A stretch of 45,949 bases of DNA from Chromera velia (taxonomy: Eukaryota): positions 1 to 45,949 of the forward strand of contig JAHBMJ010000528.1 of the NCBI GenBank assembly GCA_018398765.1, in the 5' to 3' direction. The notes beneath the pieces are model-generated. The model did no database searches and was not told the DNA's origin. It was given only the letters and a program-made list of their open reading frames with translations. This document shows, one piece after another, positions 36,886 through 45,949 of this stretch. The first letter of the stretch is position 1. Every line of letters begins with the position of its first letter. The translations under genes and the position numbers were made by a program.

Positions 36886-39301
36886 TGTTGCGAACTAGCC
36901 TCACGTCGTGTTCATGACTAGGTACTTTTCACTGACCGTTCCTCTCTGTTTTCAAATTGGCAGGTGATGACCAGGAAAACCCCAACGCCAAGGGGAAGTT
37001 TGCACTTTTTGACCTTTTCTTTGACATTTGCTCTTTCCGCTCCTTTCCCGGCAGCTGCGAGATCGGTTTTATCGATAAAAGACGTGCAGAGAACTTTTTT
37101 TCCATTTTCCAGCCGGCTGGGTTCCACATAGGGGGGTGATATCGGGAGGGGGGGGTCCTGGTCCGCGCGGCTGGCCTGCCAGCCGCATGGGACCCCCCCC
37201 CGGGCCGCGCGGAGCGTAGTCCGGGTTCGTAGCACGGGGGGAGGGCCGTGCCACACGGTAAACCATTAAAGCTAGCCAGATCGCCCCCTGTAGAATGGCA
37301 ACAACCCCCCCTTCCGGCCTCAACTTCATTCAACTTCGGAATCCGTCGTAAGTCTTCCGAGTCGTGTACCTCTAGCTGCAGACAGGTCTGGTTATGCTTG
37401 GCTTGATGCTCGGCTGCACTTGTCCTCTTGATGTCGCAAAGCCTGAGCTAAGAAAGCGTAACACATTCTACTATTTCTTAAACCTTGCATGAAAAGAGAT
37501 GAAGAAGCAACTCACTCTGCGGAACCAGAGTGAACGCACTCATCCCTAGGCTCATCCCGGCTCATCCTTACTATACACAGCGTACAATGCCAGTATGTAT
37601 GTTGGCTTCAACAAAGAAACGACACTGTTACGACAGAATCAATGGGTTGTCCATTCGTGCACATGAAGACACAGAGCAATGATTAATCAATCAATTTAAT
37701 TTAATTTATTAGCAGCTCTAGTAGCAGCTGGGCTTACCTTGACTGGCAGCTTTGACTTGCATTCGAGGAGGGCACCAAGTCTCCGGACATAAATCGCATC
37801 CTATCCTGTCCTAATTGAGGCATCCTTTGCACCACAGGACGTGAGGGCTATTGAGTCAAAGGGGGGGTTGTCGCCCCCAATTTACTGTCAAAGGCCCTCA
37901 TGAAAAGAAATGGAAGCGAGAAAGAAATGTTCACGCTCAGGGAGGAGCTAGGAATTGATGAGCTTGGGTGACACCGTGACAATGGGAAGTGTTTGGCTCG
38001 TTCTGTCTACCCCTCCCTCTCCCGCAAGTCCCGAATCTTCGAGTGAGAGGACAGACACACACCTCGTACGTATTAAATTACTGTTAATTCCTCCATGGAG
38101 GACTCGATCGATCAATGCCACCTACGCAAGCAAACAAGAAGGAAAGCCGGAAGCCTTCAAGTCGATCGGAAGGATCCTTCAGAGATAGGGGAAAGGAATG
38201 GAAAGAAGGAAGGAAGGAAGGAAGGGATTGACCAGGGAATAGAGGAATCAAGTAAAAAAAAAGAAGGATTGAGGATGGGACTGTGACGTACACAAATACA
38301 TGCATTCCTTTTATCTGATTATCTTTCTGGCTCTCTTCTTTGCGAGCCGCTTTCTTTAATTTTCTCTCGAAAGCCTGTTTGTCTTCACCCCTTTTCGACC
38401 TCTCTTCACTTTTAACGGTTTACTCTCTTCAAGAAATGAAGACGAGCTTTTTTCTTTCCTCCTAAACAGACACGAAAAAAAAAAAGACTTATACGAGAAT
38501 TGTGGGAGGAAAGCGGAAAAACAAAATGCTCAAAAAGCTGTTCTGAAACGAGAGTGGAGGATTGCGTACACCAACCATTCATCTGGCTGGTAAGTAGGAA
38601 AGAACTGAGAGAGGGCAGTGCACGCACTGAGTGCACGGGTCAGTACATTTGGAAGCAGAAGAAAAGGAAAACAAATGGTGCACAACTGTTCACTACTTCT
38701 TGGTCTTTTTTCAGAAAAGCAACAAACGCAAAGCTCACGCAGAAACAAGAAACAGTACGTAACGAAAAGTGGCTAGCTGTTTCTATACGTTTTCTGATAG
38801 TTCGTGTTGATTTTTGACAGGCAGACGCTGGAGACACGAATGAACGAACAAATGAAAGAAACAGCAAGAGGAAAAGAACAAAGCAAGCCAGTGCATGCAG
38901 GGGAGCAAGCGCGTGCACTGTCATTGTGCAGATAAGTTCGATCAACCACGTCTAATTGATCAGAAAGCAAAAAAGAAATTCGCAAGCAACAGACAATTGA
39001 AGCTCCAGACAGCCTTTGGACGAAGCCACGCAATGCATGTCACTAGTGACTTTCTTTCTGCCTCCTTTCATGATCTCCAAAAAAGGCACGAGGGGGGGCC
39101 GTTTTAATTGTGCATGATCTCTGTGGGACTGCATGAGAGACTCTGACAAGACACAGTAGAAGTAAAAAGAAAAAGCGAAAAAAACGAGGAGCTCTCAGAC
39201 CTTTTCATGGATATTCGCTTGTGAACAAAATATTTTTTCATCTTGGAAGGACAACTACTGAACAGACGAAAAGGAATTCTATTTACCAGAAAGTTCAATC
39301 A

Positions 39302-39505
39302 ACACAGCAGCTCGCTTGACACAGAAATTCAACGTCGAGGCAGAGCACACAGCGGCTCGCTTGACACAGAAATTCAACGTCGAGGGAGAGCACACAGCAG
39401 CTCACTTGACACAGAATTCAACGTCGATGCGAGAGGCAGACACAGCATCGCTTGACACAGAATTCAACGTCGATGCGAGATGCAGACACACCATCGCTTG
39501 ACACA
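39302..39505 (+). repeat. 45-46-bp minisatellite, ~4.5 copies
   Basis: Core CTTGACACAGA(A)ATTCAACGTCGA starts at 39315, 39360, 39405 and 39451, with a partial copy at 39497. Confidence 0.92.
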
Positions 39506-41605
39506 CTCTCCCACTCTCCATAGCGATCGATTGCACGTGTCTTTTCGATCGTTTTCCTCTCTCATTTTTGTTTGTGCTGTCCTACATCGATAGTCTGTTT
39601 TGATGCAGCAATAGAGATAGAGGAAAACAAATCAAAGCAACAAGGTGTGTGAGCGACTGAATCTGTCCAATTTTGAACAAGAGAGAAACAGAAAAACAAA
39701 CAAACTCACAATTTGCACAGGAAGGCAACCACATGGTCACAAGAAAATTAAGTGATAGAAAGAAAAAACACGCGATTACCGATCTTTGTCCCTCTTTCCC
39801 ACATTCTCTTCTAACCTGCTGAAAGGCAACACGCATTAATTTTACTCGCTCCAGCTGCCTTCCAGGTCAAAAACACTCCAAGAGAGAGAGGGAGGGAGAG
39901 AGAGAGAGAGAGCCTAGCTGGTAGGCAGATCGACCTCTCAATCGAATCGCCAGTTGATGAATCTGGTGATGAATGATTGACAAAAAAAAAAAAAAAAGCT
40001 GCTGCTGCATGCGCCCCTCTGATTCCTTACAGACAGAAAGAAAATGGCGTCAACGAAAAAAGAAACAAAAAATTAAACGATCGATGCAAAAAAAATCAAC
40101 TGCATGCCTTCTGAATTCTCTGTCAAATCAGACTGCGCGTCTTCCACCTCAGTCTCCCAGGCCTCCTCATTTTCTTCCTTTTCTTCTTTTCAGCACCTTC
40201 ACCCAGTTCTTTCTGAGCTGTCCTGGCAGTGCTCTGTGCTCCATTGCTTGGGCTTCACTCAACGAACCGCTCTCCATTCAAATGAAAAGAAAAAGAGAGC
40301 ATGCAGGAGAAGAGAGAAAGAAAGGGAATCTCTCATTTCCTTCCCTCTTTCTGGTCTCCTCAGAGAATCTGATTTAACGCATTGCTCCTGCATCAGTCCC
40401 CGTCTCTTCTGCGGATTGATCTTCCGGCCATGGCCCATGGTCGTCTACCCGCTTCCCTTCTTTCTTTCTTTCTCCCTTCATCTCTTCCTTCCTTCCTTCC
40501 AATGCCCCCCTCCTCAATTAAAGCAAAGCCACCTCGAGTGAGTCGAGTGATGCAACCAACGTCGGACCGACCAGGTCCACACACAGAGACTCTAAGGCGC
40601 CTCGATGCACATGCAGGCACAGAGAGGGGCAAAGATTATCCATCTTTTCTTTCGCTTCCCTTCACTTGCCGATTCTTTGACCTTGCGCTTCCCCCCCCCC
40701 TCCTTGTCGTCGCTCTTCTGCCTCCCTTCAATCTTTCTGCCATGTAGGTGTGCCACTTTATGCCCTCTCTGTGCGGGACAGACAGACACACATACATACG
40801 TGGTTTTGTTTCGTTGTTCTCCCATCGACCAACGTTTCTTACAGCCGCCTTCCCTTGAGAGAAACGCGCATGCAGATCGAATTCTGAAAAGAGACGAAAA
40901 TCTCCATGCAACCATTCCTTCCCCGTTCCCCCCCGCCCCCCCCTCACACACACGCGCGCGCAGTTCCACACAGGCAGGCCCGGACTTGTCACAAGGAGAG
41001 GACCAAGATCGATCCTTAAATTTCCTGCATGATCGGTTCGCCTTGCCTCGGTACGCACCCCACAGTCAGTCTAAGCATGCAACCTTTGGACAAAAGAGAG
41101 ATCGACGGCAACTCAAAATTTACAATAATTAAGAAATCAAAAGACGAGAAGACCCCTTTCCTTTACCAAAGCAATGACGACGTGCCCCCATTGGCAAGCC
41201 CCCTTTTCATTCTACGTTTTTCCTTTCCTTATCGATCAGACTGCCCTTCCGCACTCAATCTGCATCCTCGATCCACCCATTCTTTCGCACATGCACGCAG
41301 ACGAAAAAGAGCAACCCTCTCCCTCACAGATGCAGCGGCATAAAGGAATACAGAGGGACGAATATTCGTTCTCCCTCAATCGTTCCGTCCCCCCCTCCCA
41401 GTCAGTCCAATCCAATCGATATTTACATCCGAGAGAGAGAGAGAGAAGGGACAAGTCAAACACAACACAAGAAAACACCAGCTAGATCGAGAAGAAGACC
41501 CTTGTCACAGCAAGTACTGTCAAGTGGGATCCCTCCCTCCCTTTCCATGTTTCCCTCCCTCCCTCCCTTCTGCCCTCCCCTTCCCATGCAGATCGAGCCC
41601 CTCGA

Positions 41606-43458
41606 TCAGTCCATGTTCTCAAGGCAACGTGCCCAGAATTCCAATCCCTCCCTCTCCCTTTTCTTCTTCTCCTTTGCCTTCTTCTTCATAAGTGACGCTC
41701 GGCGATCTCTCCGGTCTCTCCACGCGTCGTCGTTTAGAAAGTCCAGGAGGCAGAAGGCAGAGCCAGCCTCAGGGTGACTTTGCGGATGGGCCTCAGTTTG
41801 TTCCTCCACTCCTGTCCTTCCTGTCTCCTCGTGCCACTGGCTGTCACAGTGCAGGGTGTCCATCCCTCTCTGTGTGGGAGAGTCAGAATTCTCTTCCGTC
41901 TCCTCACAGTACAGTGTCACCTCCTCAAAGGAGACTTCTGTTGTCTCTGTCTCCATCTCCTCTGTGCGGCCCTGCTGTTCTGTAGCGGCAGCAGCAGAGG
42001 ACGAAGAAGGAAAGAGGAGGGACGATTCTCCGAGACGGGAAGACAACGATAGCCGCGCGGTGAAATTCAGAATGGAGGACAGGGTCACAGAAGTTGTCCG
42101 AGAAAGGCCAGCCTCAGAGCCCCCCCTCGATAGACGAGAAGCGGCAGAGGGCCCTGGAGAATTGGTGTGGAAGGCGCTTGCTGTTCGATGGGAAACGATG
42201 ATTGGAGGAGGAGACGGGCAAGGAAACCGGTAGTTGCCGTTTTCGTCGGTCACGGGGATGACGGTGCGTCCTATTTTCTTGACGGGCGGAGCAGAGAGCG
42301 CAGAATTGACGGGCATCGAGACGATTGGGACAGGCTGCAAGAGGGTGCTCTCTGGAGATGACGATACGGTCCGCTCCCTTGCCAAGGCCTGGAGGGCTGT
42401 CCTTCTTCTCCTTCTGTTCTCACCAACAGCAAAGGTGGCGCGCACGTGGTCATTGAAAGTCGAGATGAACTGATCTGCAAAGAAAGAAAAGCATGCATCG
42501 AAACAGCATAAAAAAGGGAACAGGCGTCCAAATGAGGATCGAGAGAGGCACGTGCCTAGGAGCCGTGCACAGAAGGACAGAGGCATTCTTTCAGGACAGC
42601 ATGCAGAGAGACTGCAGGTCATCCACTCGCATGTCATTGATCGATGGTGACTGCACGCGGCTTCGGCCATACGTCCGAGGTAGTCCTTCAAAGGAGACAA
42701 AAAGACTGCATGGAGGGAAAAAGGAAGCAAAGGAACCAGGACATGGATGAAAGGAAGCAAAGACCGAAGGGAGGAAGGGAGGAGGCAGGGAGGGAAGGAG
42801 GGGCGGCAGGTGGGGAGGCAGAAAGAAAGAAAGGACCGAGAAAGACTTTCACAAACAACCAAAGAAAGAAAGCTGGCGCTGAATGGAGTTTCCAAACCTC
42901 GCTGAGATGCAGCAGTGTGTACTGACCTCTCTCTTCCAGTGTGTTCACAAAGAATGTCTCCCGCCTCCCTTCTGCAAAAACGTCCTGCTCAGAAAGAGGG
43001 AGTTTGTCTTCACTATTCAGGGGAAGCTTCTTTGGTGGGAAACAATTCTATTGGGGGATAGTGAGGGAAGTAGACGGGTGCATGACGCGGTCGGTCTGCA
43101 GTCGAGGCCAGTAGATGTTTCATTCATTCATTCTTGCGGCTGCATGGTGTTGTAGGCGATTGTCAACGAAAGAAAGGCAGAGGACGTACGGCATGCATGA
43201 GCAATCAACAGTAGGGAAGTGGAGCTGACTGACGATGCAGATGCGGCAGATTTTCGCACACCGGTCGCTTGAAGGCGCCGCCCTGGAGGATGCATCCAGA
43301 CTCATGGTAAAAATGGACTGGCAACACGTTTGCCTCCGATACCAGAACAGTGACCTCTCAACGCACCCCCAGAAAATCCATTTCATTGATTCTTTCCCCT
43401 TCCTATGGGAGAATCCTGTGCACCCCCTATTCTGGAAAAAGATAGGTAGTGGAGGCAT
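41606..43458 (-). CDS. Probable PH-domain protein with a Ser/Glu-rich disordered tail, 3 exons, ~383 aa
   Basis: Exons 43458-43234, 42984-42927, 42474-41606 (GTCAGT donors, GCAG acceptors, 1152 nt in phase). The spliced N-terminus GFSHRKGKESMKWIFWGCVERSLFWYRRQ..IFTMSL..CRICIDVFAEGRRETFFVNTLEERDQFISTFNDHV follows the PH pattern of beta strands plus a C-terminal 'EER..F/W' helix. Confidence 0.55.
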
Positions 43459-44462
43459 GTTGCGAGGCCGTGGCGGTTTGGAAACTTCAATCCCTGTCTC
43501 GGACTCAGCACAGTTTCTGCCTTTGAAGATGTTAATTCATAGAGTCACGATCAACTTCAATCGCTTCAAATCGTTTATCATTCCCTGAAGCTGCAATGAT
43601 GTTCGAATCATCAAAAGCACCTCTCGAACATGCAAAGTTCGTGATTGGTCATGGATTGATCTCACGAATCGCGATGTGATGATTGTGGTGTTGTGATGGT
43701 GTTGTGATGTTGCGATCACTGTGTTGGGTCTTTTGTCGACGGAGCGCGACGGATTCATCTCAGACTGCATGAGGCCTGAAAATTAGCTCTCACCACGCGC
43801 GCGCCCGCCCGCCCCCCCCCCGCGAGCAGCCCTTCTTTTCTTTTTGTCAACTAATTTTTGCAATGTGATCGATGATGATCGACGACCGAGATTCATCGCC
43901 GAGATTCTCACTAGCTTCGAGGCCTGATGGTCCACTTCCACTGATTGTACAGCAGGGCTGTGCAGGTGCGCCTTCCGATAAGAAGAAGTGTTTGCCTGTC
44001 AAAGCACCTTGAGGGGAAAGTTCCCGCGGAGACGCCCGCATGAAAGCATCATCGGACCTCAAATAGTAAATTTACGCTTTTGTCAATTCTCATCTCCAGG
44101 CTTTTCTGTTCTGCGCTTACCGAAGGCAAGTCTCAAGGAGGGGCTGGCTTGGTGGAGAACTGAAAGACTGCGAGAGCGAGGGAAAGAGACAGAGCGACAG
44201 GCCTCCAGCAGCTGGGGGAAAAAGGAGACGCCGTCCCGGCGGTTGCATGGAAGAGGCAACGCAAGCGGCAAGCATAGCTGCGATTTGGCCTCTTCTGCTC
44301 GTATTTGCTCGTTGTCTCCTGTCTCCGCTTTTGTCTCAGGAAGAAGACAAGGGGAGAAACGAAAGGAGGCAACAAGGCCGGACTTTGGGAAGGTCTACAG
44401 AGAGAGGTGGGGAGGAGACGGGACGAAAGCTGAGTAAGGGAACGAAAACAAACAAACGAACG

Positions 44463-45924
44463 ATGGCCCTATTGTTCTTTCGAGTTGCCTTCTCCTTTTC
44501 CTGTTTCGCTCTGCAAATGCAATCACACGACCACCCGGCCTGGTGCACAACACTGAGGCAACAGAGAACCTCCAACCAGTCTCACAACAACAACAAGAGA
44601 CCCACCAAGTATTACGGGGTCGCAAAGTCCAAATTCTCCCTTTCTGGCGTTCCTCTGAACGACCTCAGAGACAGAGACAGAGACAGAGAGGAGAATTCTA
44701 TTCGAGAGAGGCTTGTCGACCCATGCAGTTCTCTAGCTGTCGAGGAGACGGAGAGAGAGCGTATTGGAGTCTACGACGATTTTGAGAAGGTGAAGTTTTT
44801 GTGCTTCGACAGGGAGACGGACAGACCGCTGCCTGGTACCGTCTTTCGGGCCTTCGCGTCGGCAGAGGCGGCCATGGACTTTGTCTTGGCCGTGTGTGCA
44901 AGGACCCGGGCGACCGCCGTGCCGCGATTCTTCTGCGCTTCGGACAGGACGGTGTCAGGTCGGTCGGTTGGTCTATTGGTTGGGTCTCTTTGGCTTTTTT
45001 CTTGTCTGTGGGTGTAGACTGCATGTATTCTCCTGCCAGAATCACTTTTTTCGGTTTCGAGGATCGCCTTTTGAAAGTGATTGCCCCCCCGTGCCCCGAC
45101 TCTTGAACACGCGACAAGGAAGGAAGGAAAAGCTGTTTGTTTCGGCCTGCATGGTGGGACCACTCCTTCCTGTAGATGTTTCGTGTTCACTCACGGTCTT
45201 TTCCCTCCTCATTTGGCTGTCGGCAAGTAGAGAAGAGGCTGACACAAAAAAATTCGCGAGAAAGGCACGGTTTTTTCCCTGTTCGTCCCTTCTTCTTTTT
45301 CACTGTGGATGGCTTTGATGCGCGTTACATCAACGTGATCCATGAATACTTTTTGTCGTGGATACGCAATACGAGTCCATGCATACCTACTTATCTGTCC
45401 GAGCGTTTGTGTGTGTGAAGCAAGATGGTGCGTCAGAGGGGTCAATTTTGTCTGTTCTGTGGCTTCTTTTGGGGTCTTGCATTTTTTTTTTCATTTCAGT
45501 TTTGGAGTCTCACCTCTGCCTGCCTCTGTTCCCCCCTGCAGAAGGACCGTACGAGGAAGAGGTCCAGAGTGGGACAACCGGATTCTCTCCCTCCTCCTCC
45601 TCCCCGGCCTCTCACTTGAATGATTTCAATTTTGGGGGGAGTCATCTTGCGGGAGAGTCGGCGCCTCTTCCTGAGAGCGTGTCCCCGTCTTCTTTTGATC
45701 TGGAGAACGCGAGGGGGGGGACTTCATTGGCGTCTCCCTCTCTGTCTTCGGAGGGGCCGTCTCTCGCTGCGTCGGCTGGCGGTGGGGGAGGGGGGGGCGG
45801 TGATGGCGGCACAAGTCCGTTGGGTGAGGCAGTAGAGGGAGAAGGGGGACGGGAATGGGGGCGTGGGGGGGGAGGCATGGAGCAGATGCGGTTTGAGATG
45901 GAGGAGGAGGACTATCGAGTGCAG
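44463..45924 (+). CDS. 5' part of a gene encoding an RNase H1 N-terminal-like hybrid-binding (Cauli_VI/viroplasmin) domain; continues beyond the window
   Basis: Exons 44463-44958 and 45542-45924 (phase 1, GTCGGT..TGCAG; next donor GTCAGG at 45925). KYYGVAKS-[43 aa]-RIGVYDDFEKVKFLC..PGTVFRAFASAEAAMDFV matches the HBD pattern KFYAVRKGR-TGVF-W-EC-V-F-GA-FKKF-T-EA-F. Hydrophobic N-terminus MALLFFRVAFSFSCFA. An alternative in-frame ATG lies at 44247. Confidence 0.65.
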
Positions 45925-45949
45925 GTCAGGGGGGGGGGGGGGGGGGGGG

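Noticed and set aside
39302..39505. Mini-CRISPR or repeated bacterial -35 boxes (TTGACA)
   Set aside because: The linkers are homologous to each other and only ~20 nt, the context is eukaryotic, and there are no matching -10 boxes.
37850..41500. Additional gene between the TE debris and the PH gene
   Set aside because: Isolated donor/acceptor-like sites (e.g. GTAAGT near 38590) exist, but there is no phase-consistent exon chain or recognisable motif.
43234..43270. RING-CH (MARCH) E3 ligase suggested by 'CRIC'
   Set aside because: The in-phase next exons lack the remaining Cys/His ligands and instead complete a PH-like pattern.

Overview
Eukaryotic (spliceosomal-intron, microsatellite-rich) genomic DNA. 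Abundant TGCATGCA motifs and the intron style suggest a chromerid or apicomplexan-related alveolate; this is inference only. (1) 1-10.4 kb is an AT-rich transposon cluster. It holds a 5'-truncated non-LTR retrotransposon (APE endonuclease + RT, one internal in-frame TAG, (AATC)n tail, ~25-bp TSD) inserted at the TIR of a small DNA element, two copies of a Tc1/mariner-like MITE, two nested hAT-like elements with perfect 8-bp TSDs, and a 300-bp tandem duplication whose differences are almost all C>T/G>A. (2) 10.4-20.5 kb is simple-repeat-rich with no convincing gene. (3) An 11-exon FMR1/FXR-family gene (Agenet x2, KH0, KH1, KH2, RGG; minus strand) lies head-to-head with a 9-exon FtsH-like AAA ATPase that lacks the M41 protease domain. 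(4) 34.4-37.8 kb holds more TE remnants. (5) A probable PH-domain gene (minus) lies head-to-head with a gene starting with an RNase H1-type hybrid-binding domain that runs off the window. The most notable signals are RIP-like or methylation-driven C>T hypermutation of repeats, a full-architecture FMRP homolog in an apparently non-animal genome, and a GTCAGT-biased 5' splice-site consensus embedded in (GTNN)n arrays. All exon models were assembled by hand.
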